From positions 1 to 55,911 of the forward strand of contig JBKPAZ010000029.1 of the NCBI GenBank assembly GCA_046726655.1: a DNA stretch of 55,911 nucleotides, read 5' to 3'. The notes under the pieces were generated by a model that saw only the letters and a program-made list of their open reading frames with translations, ran no database searches and was not told the origin of the DNA. Source of the stretch: Chloroflexota bacterium. Its GTDB lineage: Bacteria > Chloroflexota > Ktedonobacteria > Ktedonobacterales > Ktedonobacteraceae. Positions 1-8,909 of the stretch are shown one piece after another; the stretch's first letter is position 1, and the number at the start of each line of letters is the position of its first letter. A program made the translations under genes and the position numbers.

Positions 1-19
1 CTAGGGAAAAGGAGGTACA

Positions 20-553
20 ATGAGCATCACCTCCCAATCGATCAGGCACCCCGCGCTAGATGCGCAGGGGTTGGAGGCGTTGTATCGCGAACAGCTTGGT
101 TTGATCTACCGCTATGTCTATCGCAAGGTGGGCAACCGGCAGGAGGCTGAGGACCTGACCTCGTCCATTTTTCTGAAAGCTGTGCGCCTCCTGCAGCCGG
201 AGGCAGGCCCGGAGCGGATGGGCCATTGGCTCTTGCGGGTGGCGCGGACCACGCTCATAGATTACTGGCGCAGCCACGCTCGCGTGACCAGCAGTTCGCT
301 GGAAGCGTTGCAAGCAGCGGGCTGGGAAGGTCCAGCGCAGCGTGACCCATTTGGGGTAGACGGCAGGCCAACCGAGCGCGTCCAAGCTCTGCTTCAAGCC
401 CTGCCGGAGCGAGACCGAGCCGTCCTCACCTGCCGGTTCCTGTTGGGTCTGTCGACCCGCGAGACGGCAGTGAGGCTGGGGTTGACGGAGGGGAACGTGA
501 AAGCCGTGCAGCATCGTGCGCTCAAACGGGCGGCCGCTCTGGATGCAGGGTGA
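20..553 (+). CDS. ECF-type sigma-70 family RNA polymerase sigma factor
   Basis: 177 aa ORF with ATG shortly after AAAGGAGG. Region-2-like IYRYVYRKVGNRQEAEDLTSSIF and region-4 HTH LSTRETAVRLGLTEGNVKAVQHRALKR. Confidence 0.85.
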   Translation: MSITSQSIRHPALDAQGLEALYREQLGLIYRYVYRKVGNRQEAEDLTSSIFLKAVRLLQPEAGPERMGHWLLRVARTTLIDYWRSHARVTSSSLEALQAAGWEGPAQRDPFGVDGRPTERVQALLQALPERDRAVLTCRFLLGLSTRETAVRLGLTEGNVKAVQHRALKRAAALDAG

Positions 554-727
554 GCGGCGAGGTCGAGCGCCAGCAAGAAGAGCAGCCAATAAGCGGCGCC
601 CTGACCTATAATGTAACCTCGGTCCCTGATCGATCAGATGTGCCTGCGACCCCGGTGCGAGCAAGTCTTAGTCCAGACCCGAACGTGCCGATAATCTCAA
701 GCATACCTGAGAAGAAAGGATACATTC

Positions 728-1210
728 ATGTCTAAAACCTTACACCTCAATTTTGCTGACCGCATGGGAGACGCACTGATCACGACGCTTCTGCGTGCAG
801 GCGTCAAAATAGGAACGATGTCGCTGCTCACCGTGCGCGGCCGCAAAAGTGGTCAGCCGCATACGGTTCTGGTGCTCCTGGTTGAGCAGGACGGAGAGCG
901 TTGGCTGGTCGCGCCTTACGGAGTGGTGCAGTGGGTACGCAACATCCGGGCAGCAGGTACGGCAACGCTCACCCGGGGTCACCGTTCTGAGGCCATCTCC
1001 GTGACCGAACTGCCAGCACAAGAGGCGGCTCCCGTGCTCAAACAGTATCTCTTGCTGCACGTCTCTGCAGGAGTTCGGTCATACTTCGATGTCACGAAAG
1101 ACTCGCCCCTCGAGGCTTTTGAGCGCGATGCGCTGCGTCACCCGGTCTTTAAAATCACGACGGTGGAGGAGCCCACAAGACAGGAACGCAGTCTGAAGGA
1201 GACTGAATGA
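728..1210 (+). CDS. Deazaflavin (F420)-dependent nitroreductase family protein (DUF385-like)
   Basis: 160 aa. LLTVRGRKSGQPHTVLVLLVEQDGERWLVAPYG..VQWVRNIRAAG pattern is typical of this split-barrel family. SD-like GAAGAAAGGA upstream. Confidence 0.6.
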   Translation: MSKTLHLNFADRMGDALITTLLRAGVKIGTMSLLTVRGRKSGQPHTVLVLLVEQDGERWLVAPYGVVQWVRNIRAAGTATLTRGHRSEAISVTELPAQEAAPVLKQYLLLHVSAGVRSYFDVTKDSPLEAFERDALRHPVFKITTVEEPTRQERSLKETE

Positions 1211-1212
1211 TT

Positions 1213-1893
1213 TCATAATGACTCCCTGTGCTGTTCCGACTCAGACGCACTCGTTGTTTGTTCCGCCGAAAGCAGTTGCTTGACAAGCTCACGCGCCTTT
1301 TCAAGCGTGACGCCCGACTTGAGCAAGACCTGGCTGGCAAGTCCCTCCTCTTCACGCAACAGGCCCAGCAGCAGGTGCTCTGTTCCGAGATAGTGATGGC
1401 CGAGGGATCGCGCCTCCTGTACCGCCAGCTCGATACTCGCTTTGCCTTGCTGTGTCATTCCGATCTGGCCATCACCTACCGGCTGCTCCCCCGCCGGGTG
1501 CAACGTTTCGATCTGCGCCCGCACCAGGCTTTGTTGCACCTGGAACCGATTCAGCGCTCTGGCTCCGACACTCTCCCACTCACTCATGATCGCGAGCAAC
1601 ATATGCTCTGTGCCAACGCCATCATGATGGTACCGATAAGCTTCCTCATGCGCCAGCGCCAATACTTTGCGGGCTCGCTCAGTGAACTTAGCAAACGGGT
1701 GATTTGGCCCTGGCGCCATGCTCACGACAACCCGTTGGCTCTCCACGAAGCTCTCGACACCCTCCTCCGTGAAGCGGTATTCGCCAGCAATGCGATACCC
1801 GATCAATTCGCCCCGCGTGACCAGTCGCCTGACTGTCACCGGGTCGATCCGCAGCAATTCTGCAACCTCTTCTGTCGTCAATAGACGTTCCAT
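1213..1893 (-). CDS. Excisionase-type HTH domain fused to Clp N-terminal repeat domain protein
   Basis: Start moved to MERLLTTEEVAELLRIDPVTVRRLV (HTH_17-like). C-terminal half has two Clp_N repeats (GTEHMLLAIM.., GTEHLLLGLL..). Confidence 0.7.
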   Translation of the reverse strand: MERLLTTEEVAELLRIDPVTVRRLVTRGELIGYRIAGEYRFTEEGVESFVESQRVVVSMAPGPNHPFAKFTERARKVLALAHEEAYRYHHDGVGTEHMLLAIMSEWESVGARALNRFQVQQSLVRAQIETLHPAGEQPVGDGQIGMTQQGKASIELAVQEARSLGHHYLGTEHLLLGLLREEEGLASQVLLKSGVTLEKARELVKQLLSAEQTTSASESEQHRESL

Positions 1894-2027
1894 AGATACC
1901 TCCTTGATAATATCGATGATAATGACCGAATTAAATATAATATACATTACTTTGAAGTAATATACAATCTTTGGATGTCCTTCAGATTTTACAACTTGCT
2001 AACAAGAGGAAAGGTATAAACTTACCC

Positions 2028-2057
2028 TTGACAAATATATCGTTTCGATATTATAAT
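2028..2057 (+). promoter_or_regulatory. Sigma-70-type promoter of the padR operon
   Basis: TTGACA (2028-2033), 18 nt spacer, TATAAT (2052-2057), about 50 nt upstream of the padR ATG. Confidence 0.6.
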
Positions 2058-2088
2058 TTATATCGAAACGATAATATCGTTTCGATAT
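2037..2088. promoter_or_regulatory. Three copies of a 15-nt inverted-repeat operator (ATATCG-N3-CGATAT)
   Basis: ATATCGTTTCGATAT at 2037-2051 and 2074-2088, and its complement-orientation copy ATATCGAAACGATA at 2060-2073. The set overlaps the spacer, the -10 box and the start-site region. Confidence 0.65.
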
Positions 2089-2109
2089 AAATAACTAGGG
2101 AGAAGTACC

Positions 2110-2772
2110 ATGTCTCATGATCAGTCCAATTCTTCGATAGGAAATGATGACGTAACATTACCTATTGAGAATAAGTCTGGCCCTGTCACTGCGCGAAAAG
2201 CACCTATGTATGAACTCTTCGTGCTGGGAGAGTTGATGGATGGCCCCCATTACGGCTATCTCCTCCGAGACATTCTCGGCAGGTTACTGGGGCCTTTTCG
2301 CCATATTAGTTGGGGTGTGCTCTACCCCCTTATCCGTCACCTGGAACGCGAGGGGCTTATTGTACCTCATGAAAAGACCGATGCAGGACAAAGCGAGAGC
2401 ATCAAGGGTAACCGGCAACGCAAGCAGTATCGCATTACTGAGACTGGTCAGAGACGTTTCCTTGCTCTCATGCTGGAGACCGGCGACTATACCGCTGATT
2501 ACCCTGAACTCTTTCTCATCAAATTGAACAACCTTGATCATCTCACGCACGAACAGCAACTTGTACTCCTCTGGCACTATCGGGAGTATCTTCAGGTTGA
2601 GAAGAAGTATCTCCAGGAAGGTCAAAGAACCATTTCTGACGGAACACGCTTCATTCCAGAGAATCAGCGTGCGCATGTTTTTGATGTGATTAGTTTCCGC
2701 CTGAGTGGCATTCAGGCGGAGATCGATTGGGTTGCTCGTAAGATTGCTCGCCTGGAAAGTGAAAAGGAATAA
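2110..2772 (+). CDS. PadR family transcriptional regulator
   Basis: 220 aa. Winged-helix core GPHYGYLLRDILGRLLGPFRHISWGVLYPLIRHLEREGLIV. Confidence 0.85.
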   Translation: MSHDQSNSSIGNDDVTLPIENKSGPVTARKAPMYELFVLGELMDGPHYGYLLRDILGRLLGPFRHISWGVLYPLIRHLEREGLIVPHEKTDAGQSESIKGNRQRKQYRITETGQRRFLALMLETGDYTADYPELFLIKLNNLDHLTHEQQLVLLWHYREYLQVEKKYLQEGQRTISDGTRFIPENQRAHVFDVISFRLSGIQAEIDWVARKIARLESEKE

Positions 2773-2775
2773 AAA

Positions 2776-3585
2776 ATGGAAACAACACACATCCGCCTGT
2801 TTTCTCGTCAACCGCTCTCCGCCTTTGGCAAACTCACCATTGCAGCACTCCTTGGAGGGGCCGTCTCAAGCGGTATACTCGCGCTCGCTATCGGATATCC
2901 AGACAACCTTGCATTACTCATCGTAACCGCGTGTCTGCTGTTAGCTGCGGGACTTGTTGTAACTGGGTTACGCTGGATGCCACTACTGGTAGTACTCCTG
3001 AGCGGCATCCTCCTCTATCAGATATCCAACCAACCCTTTGTCATCTATCACCTGACTAATCCAAAGGGAGGAGGATTCTTCCCCTTTGTGTTGGATATAC
3101 TCATCATTGCATTTGTGCTTGTGACGTTCGGGGCAAGTATCGGTGCAACGGTGCAGAACTACCGCCAGGGTGAGCGAAAAGCTCCCCGTTGGCTTTCATC
3201 TGCCCTGATCGGAGTAGCGGGGATGGTTATTGGCGCAATTTTCATCGCCGCCATCGGGCAAACAAGCGCACCTACAAGTACAACTTACACAAACGGGATG
3301 CCGACTGTACATATGAGTGCAGGTAATTTTAGCCAACCTTCTGTCACTATTCCCAAGGGCTCGAAGCTCTTGCTGGTAGATGATGTGGCAGTGCTCCATA
3401 TTCTTGCAAACGGCAGTTGGGAGAATGGGGTGCCCAAACCGGAGAAAGAGCCAGGCGCACCTACCGTCAATAATGTACAAGTCAATAGCAATAGTGTTGA
3501 GGTTGGACCATTTAGCACAGCGGGAACCTATCACATCTATTGTACGGTCCATCAAGGGATGAACCTGACGGTCATTGTTCAGTAG
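2776..3585 (+). CDS. Polytopic membrane protein with C-terminal cupredoxin (amicyanin-like) domain
   Basis: 269 aa, starting 3 nt after the padR stop. Several hydrophobic helices, then C-terminal GTYHIYCTVHQGMNLTVIV (a Cys-x2-His-x2-Met type-1 copper ligand pattern). Confidence 0.55.
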   Translation: METTHIRLFSRQPLSAFGKLTIAALLGGAVSSGILALAIGYPDNLALLIVTACLLLAAGLVVTGLRWMPLLVVLLSGILLYQISNQPFVIYHLTNPKGGGFFPFVLDILIIAFVLVTFGASIGATVQNYRQGERKAPRWLSSALIGVAGMVIGAIFIAAIGQTSAPTSTTYTNGMPTVHMSAGNFSQPSVTIPKGSKLLLVDDVAVLHILANGSWENGVPKPEKEPGAPTVNNVQVNSNSVEVGPFSTAGTYHIYCTVHQGMNLTVIVQ

Positions 3586-3869
3586 TACGAGTACAGCCGT
3601 CCATCTGAACTCAAGAGAAGAGAACAGCCTGAAATATACAGTAAAAGGAGAAGAGCAGCAAATGACAACCCATTCCCAGAAATTGACCATCACAGTCACG
3701 CAACCGACTACTCTCAGCACAATCATCGCTGTTGTTCCGACCGAGCCAGGCCAGATAGGTGACATGGTTACGCGCAGCAGGCGGCGCGCAGAGGCATTGT
3801 CCCATGCTGCAGGCTTCGTTGGCACCGCCATTCATCACAGGAAGTTGAGGTATCCTCCATCAATGGCGA

Positions 3870-6800
3870 TCATTCCTCAAGTGGATACATTTTCACTACA
3901 GAACCATACATCATTTCCGGTGTCTGGACATAAGCAGAACCGATAGAGAGTTGTTCAATACGTTCAGAAAGGTCTTGTCCTTGACGTCCACGGATGAAAC
4001 CTGAAGCCTTGCGCGACTCAGGATAATTCATGCGGAAGATGACTTTGGTCCCTGCATTACCAAGTACATCCGGGTGAAAGTCTCCTATTCCCTGGCTTGC
4101 AACAATGACCGAGATGCCAAATTTACGTCCCTCTTTCATCAACTTAGGCAAGGTGATATCTTTAGCAAGACGATGAGCTTCATCAAGCACAACTGCTAAC
4201 CGAAGCTGTTTCGCGTATCCCCAACGGAACATATCCTTATAGAGTTTGCGTAATACAAAAGCTCCAGCAGCCATCTGTAGTGTTTCTGCAAACAGATTGT
4301 GTAGATCAATAACTAACCCGCTACGTACAAGAGACAGTAGATCTGCTGATTGTTCTGTTGGACGGAAGAGATCCATCTCCAGTAGTGGGCGGCAACGAGC
4401 AGCAACATTAGTAACATGACGTGTTTGCTCATTTTGCTCAATCCGCTTCAATACATCTTTGAGTGTGGGATAATCCAGCATTTGTAGGGTAGCTATATCA
4501 CTATCATTATTAAACCCGCGCGCCTTATAAGCATCCCTAACTGATGTATAGACAATATCTTTCTGCATCTCACCAAGCCCGGCCACATATGCAAAAATCT
4601 CAGCTACCGCTAATGCATTCGCCATCCATCCTCCCTGTCCACCTTCTCGAGTGCATTCAAAAGGTGAAAATGGAAGCCCTTTCGCAGCGTCAAGCACACC
4701 TGGCTGGATCGCTTTTGTAAAAGTACCCTGTGACTCGGCAAACTGTCCATGAAAGTCCAGGACAAGCGCGGGGACATTTTGCCGCCCTAGTTCAGACAAT
4801 ATACGTGTTATTGTCCATGATTTTCCTTGTCCAGGGATGCCAAGCATGAAAAGATGTGGGCTGCCTTTCACTCCAGGATTCCAGTCCACCTGTTCACCCA
4901 AAGCTTCACCTAGAGGGATAACAACCTCACTGGTATCGATCTGATTTTGAACATCTACAGTCTCGATAATGGAAGTCACCGGTTGCTCATCATGCTGAAG
5001 AGGCTTTGTTTTTTTTCCATGCCCTACAAATTCTCCTTCAGATATATTCGATTGTATCGCATTTGGATCGGGTTGTTGTTCCTCAAAAGCAGCAATGTCT
5101 GTCCAGCTTTGCCCACTCACAGAGCGAGACAGAGTAGGAAAAAGTTCTGTATCATTTTCAAAATCTCTGGCAGTAAGTACAACGACCTTTGCATTGTCAA
5201 GCAATAACGGTTTCCGTGGCTCACTATCCAGACTAACAATGTATCCCTCATAGGTTGGCCTGAAGTCCAGGCCCGTTTTTTCTAATCTTGTGACATGTTC
5301 CAGGAAAGAACCCTCGGTATCGGGATCAAATAAATTGTAGCGGCGAGAACGCTCGAAGTAAAAGCGAAGCACATTTGCCAGATAGGAACGTTGCAGGGCA
5401 CCATCTATACGGTTTTCGTTAAAAAAGCGATTCTTCACCGCTTGCGCTGATCCCTCCATCTGTAAGACCATGGCTTGCGCTAACTCCTCAAGTGGCACAC
5501 GTCCTCTCCTCCATTTTACTTCTATAAAGATCGCATCCACGATGTTTCGTTTCAATGAAACAAGCACAAGATCACAGCGTCTCTCTCCGCGTGTTGGCTT
5601 GCCGGAACTATCCTGCGAGAAGAGGCGAGGATAAATATCTACTGGCACAAGGACAGCCTGCCGCAGCTTTTTATTTCTTTGCAACCATGCAGTAACTACA
5701 CCCAATCCCACTGCCGCCGCCGCACTGGTTGAGGATTCGAGCGCATCTAACGCAAGACGCCCAGAGATCGTTTTCAAGTGATGGAGCAAGCGACTTACAC
5801 TCTGATCAATGCTTGCAAAACCGAGGTCATCCATTGCCTGGCCAAGTAAGGAACCAATCTCTTCATGCCATGCCGTTGTGACCATCATACGATGCCCAAG
5901 CCCCTCCGTAAATTCTGGCGAGTAATCAAGGACATACTTACGAGCAACTTCATTAAGGCCCGGCTGATTGGGAGAATCATAATAGTCAAGAGTGAAAAAA
6001 CGATCCAGGGTAATAACCCAGTTCGTATTTACATGCAGACGTTCCAGCAAGTCGCGCCTTTTTGCTTCAAGACGTACTTCTAGTACTGGTCGAGTATCAG
6101 AAGGACCACCCAGCAGATAACCACCTGCATTCAGCAACGAGGTATGTAATTCCATCAGCGTCTCACTATACCTGGGACCAGCAGGATGTGGCTCCGGTTT
6201 CCTTACCCCTTCTGTAACAATGCGATGTCGCCAGAGCAGCTCCTCATTATTCGATGTGAATTGTGAGATAAAGCGATTGACCAGCCCATAGAGTGAGAAG
6301 CTACTGGTATCGCTCCCTGTTGTATCCAACGATGGAGAGGAGGCAACAATAGAGGGCCGGGTGAAATCCGTCACTACCGCGATATGTGCTTCTGGCGGCG
6401 CGGTTTTCTCTAATTGACTCATTGCGCGGGCGGTCGTTGTCAATCCGGGAAGGAAGTGATCAGAGTTCCTTGCGTAGCGTTGATCGATTTGCTGCTGGCG
6501 TACCTGCTCCAATGCTTGAAACGTACTTTTATGTTCATCTTCGGCATAGGAGATAATCTGAAACGCGGGGAGAGAATACATTTGCTCAAGCTCACCGGCG
6601 GGAGTTTTCTCGGAAAGCATTTTCTTTATGGCTTCTGCAAAGAAGTCGCCCCGGTCAGGGTTGATAAGTGTGGTCACAAGTGTCTCGGCATAAGGATGTA
6701 GCTGATGAAATTTCGCGAGGTGTTCCGCCAATTGATCCGGTTGAATGTCACCGACACCTACCTGGTCAATACCAGTATCTAGAATTACAGCAATATCTCC

Positions 6801-8906
6801 AAAGCGTCGATGGGGATCAGGGACACCCGCCGGAAGAGCTATCCCATGAAAAAAACGCAGATTTTGGAAAAAGGCAAAAGCCTCTGTAGAAGCTGCCGCA
6901 TGGTATGCGAAGGCAGGCACATTTGTCGGTACTAATAAGCGCAAGGCTTGCAGGTCAATGCTCAGTTTACGTTCGCGCAGTGGGTAGTCAAGCAGTTGCT
7001 TCTCCCATTCACGTAGCAGTTGTGTATAGCTGGCAACCCATGCCGCGCGCAATGGATGAGTAGGCAAAATAACAATTGCCTCCTCCACTTGTTCTCCACT
7101 ACCCGTATTCCTGATAAGCAACGAGTCAATCGAGAGCGCATCGCGCAACTCTGACACATCAGCACGATGCGATACGAGTTCATCTATGAGTTCACGATAT
7201 ACCCGGGCATAACGCAGCGCGGAGGCAGCAAGATCAGGCGTCCAATCGACGGCCTCAATGACAGCACGTATATCAGATTGCTTTAGCCGCTTAAAGAACG
7301 TCTCCCGCTCGCGCCAGAATGCCAACCAGAACTCAGAATTTTCCGCTAGCAGGGGATAGGCCGAAAAACTTTGTTTGTCTACGGGCCGCACCTCATCGAC
7401 ATTCAGGATAAAGCAACCGCCTTCACGCGGCTCAGCAAGAACCTGCTTCTCCAAGGCTAAGAGAGTGCTATTCAGCCCAATGTTGAGTATGCGACGATCG
7501 TTCAATCGCAGCCTGAAATACTCAAGGTCTTTATTGATCCATTCCGGCTCTGTTTCGGCAAGTACGGTCTCACGCATATCGACCGCGACTTCGAGCCGAC
7601 CGAAAGCAAGCGTTGGGACAGTTTGTAAACTCTGCCTCGGCGGTTCAGGTAATGAGGAATCAATACCTTTAACCAGGAAAAATTCATGGCTGTTAGCACG
7701 AAAAGTCCCATCCGTTTCCACGTTAATAATCTCACTACCATCCGCACTGAGGGGAGCGATCCTGATACACATGCCGAAGTCAGGTGGCTCGTCAAAATCC
7801 ATATCCAGTTTGATCGTGACAGCTCTCCGACTCCCAGCGACGCTACGCTCATCGATACACTCCTCAAATCCATTTTCGCTGTCGGAGGGTACAATACCAA
7901 CTCGCCAGCGACTCAGTTCCTTTGGTAACACCGGTTCCGTTCTCCAGCGAACAGTGATGGTATCTTTCGCGCCGTAGCGTGCCAGTAAACTGCCCTTTGC
8001 TCCATCTGGCTGCCTGAGATGGCAGTAGGGTTCCACCTCGCCGCTGGCTTTAACAAAAGGTGTTATGCTAACGGAGCGCATATCACTGGGATCAGTTTTG
8101 GGAAATATCCAATGATCAAATGTCAGTGTTTGCTCTTTTGCCAGTTCACGAGACCAGGCGCGCACATCATTCATTGCTCGTCCATGAAAAAACTGAGTCA
8201 AAGCAGTCGTTGTAGACGCATCTACTTTTATACTTTGAATACGTTCGCGCATCGTCGCACCAAGTTTGTTAGGATGCGACAAGCTCAGCACACAATCACG
8301 GTTGACATCGAGTCTTGATACAAATGTATCGCTGCCATCCGCAATGAGTCCAACACGCCAGAGTTCCAGGCCAATCTGTGTGGTTTCCTCTGACTGCATA
8401 CGCCCTAGCAGCTTAAGTGCAAAATCAAGGCGCTGTTCATCGCTCACGTCGAAGAGACCACGCAATCGTGCAAAAACAGCACGGGCTGCAGTCAGAAGTT
8501 CAGGAGAAAGTTGAGCAAGCACACGCTTTAATACGAGCATATGTAAAGTCCGCCCATCGATAAGGGCAAAGGAATTGGCAATTGAACTATAAGCGGCATC
8601 TACGAGATCAGAGGGGATAAATAGACAAAGACGCTCCTGCTTACGATTTCGTATCTCAATCGCCTTGTCTGTCGTAATGAAAATAGTGTCAGCTTTCATG
8701 TGCGCTTCATTTGAAATGAGAATGTGAAATACTACTCCCTGCGCCAGTTGCTGCTGCATAATAAATTGGCAAATGTGCTGCGCTTCAAAACGATCAAGAA
8801 AATCTACCCTGGCACAGTGACCAGGCTCTGTATCTTTTAAACGTTCGATGATTTCATGCGACAGCAATTCTACTTGTAGCATGTCTGTTTGAGATGAATC
8901 TATCAT
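3870..8906 (-). CDS. Giant defence-type protein with a large unassigned N-terminal region, a PD-(D/E)xK-like motif and a C-terminal HerA/FtsK-type P-loop ATPase; DptH (DndH)-like architecture
   Basis: 1678 aa uninterrupted ORF. Walker A LGIPGQGKSWT (K about aa 1362), Walker B LAVVLDEAHRLA, SVIVASQGIGDF. Upstream CDLVLVS-x11-IFIEVKW (D1112, E1129, K1131). Start lies 3 nt after the stop of the preceding gene. Confidence 0.6.
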   Translation of the reverse strand: MIDSSQTDMLQVELLSHEIIERLKDTEPGHCARVDFLDRFEAQHICQFIMQQQLAQGVVFHILISNEAHMKADTIFITTDKAIEIRNRKQERLCLFIPSDLVDAAYSSIANSFALIDGRTLHMLVLKRVLAQLSPELLTAARAVFARLRGLFDVSDEQRLDFALKLLGRMQSEETTQIGLELWRVGLIADGSDTFVSRLDVNRDCVLSLSHPNKLGATMRERIQSIKVDASTTTALTQFFHGRAMNDVRAWSRELAKEQTLTFDHWIFPKTDPSDMRSVSITPFVKASGEVEPYCHLRQPDGAKGSLLARYGAKDTITVRWRTEPVLPKELSRWRVGIVPSDSENGFEECIDERSVAGSRRAVTIKLDMDFDEPPDFGMCIRIAPLSADGSEIINVETDGTFRANSHEFFLVKGIDSSLPEPPRQSLQTVPTLAFGRLEVAVDMRETVLAETEPEWINKDLEYFRLRLNDRRILNIGLNSTLLALEKQVLAEPREGGCFILNVDEVRPVDKQSFSAYPLLAENSEFWLAFWRERETFFKRLKQSDIRAVIEAVDWTPDLAASALRYARVYRELIDELVSHRADVSELRDALSIDSLLIRNTGSGEQVEEAIVILPTHPLRAAWVASYTQLLREWEKQLLDYPLRERKLSIDLQALRLLVPTNVPAFAYHAAASTEAFAFFQNLRFFHGIALPAGVPDPHRRFGDIAVILDTGIDQVGVGDIQPDQLAEHLAKFHQLHPYAETLVTTLINPDRGDFFAEAIKKMLSEKTPAGELEQMYSLPAFQIISYAEDEHKSTFQALEQVRQQQIDQRYARNSDHFLPGLTTTARAMSQLEKTAPPEAHIAVVTDFTRPSIVASSPSLDTTGSDTSSFSLYGLVNRFISQFTSNNEELLWRHRIVTEGVRKPEPHPAGPRYSETLMELHTSLLNAGGYLLGGPSDTRPVLEVRLEAKRRDLLERLHVNTNWVITLDRFFTLDYYDSPNQPGLNEVARKYVLDYSPEFTEGLGHRMMVTTAWHEEIGSLLGQAMDDLGFASIDQSVSRLLHHLKTISGRLALDALESSTSAAAAVGLGVVTAWLQRNKKLRQAVLVPVDIYPRLFSQDSSGKPTRGERRCDLVLVSLKRNIVDAIFIEVKWRRGRVPLEELAQAMVLQMEGSAQAVKNRFFNENRIDGALQRSYLANVLRFYFERSRRYNLFDPDTEGSFLEHVTRLEKTGLDFRPTYEGYIVSLDSEPRKPLLLDNAKVVVLTARDFENDTELFPTLSRSVSGQSWTDIAAFEEQQPDPNAIQSNISEGEFVGHGKKTKPLQHDEQPVTSIIETVDVQNQIDTSEVVIPLGEALGEQVDWNPGVKGSPHLFMLGIPGQGKSWTITRILSELGRQNVPALVLDFHGQFAESQGTFTKAIQPGVLDAAKGLPFSPFECTREGGQGGWMANALAVAEIFAYVAGLGEMQKDIVYTSVRDAYKARGFNNDSDIATLQMLDYPTLKDVLKRIEQNEQTRHVTNVAARCRPLLEMDLFRPTEQSADLLSLVRSGLVIDLHNLFAETLQMAAGAFVLRKLYKDMFRWGYAKQLRLAVVLDEAHRLAKDITLPKLMKEGRKFGISVIVASQGIGDFHPDVLGNAGTKVIFRMNYPESRKASGFIRGRQGQDLSERIEQLSIGSAYVQTPEMMYGSVVKMYPLEE

Positions 8907-8909
8907 GAC

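Noticed and set aside
56-664. 202-aa minus-strand ORF. The same applies to many other long antisense ORFs in the track, for example 1228-1884(+), 3196-3831(-), 36616-37182(-), 42593-43153(-), 54712-55308(+), 54083-54526(-) and 55389-55838(-).
   Set aside because: Each lies antisense to, or out of frame within, a gene that has clear family motifs. They are Arg/Ser/Pro/Cys-rich as expected for GC-rich shadow frames, and they lack SD sequences and motifs.
550-735. 61-aa ORF directly after the ECF sigma factor, considered as a possible anti-sigma factor.
   Set aside because: It has no zinc-binding HxxxCxxC motif, no TM helix and no anti-sigma-like helix pattern, and the sequence is low-complexity and Pro/Ser-rich. 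It cannot be supported.
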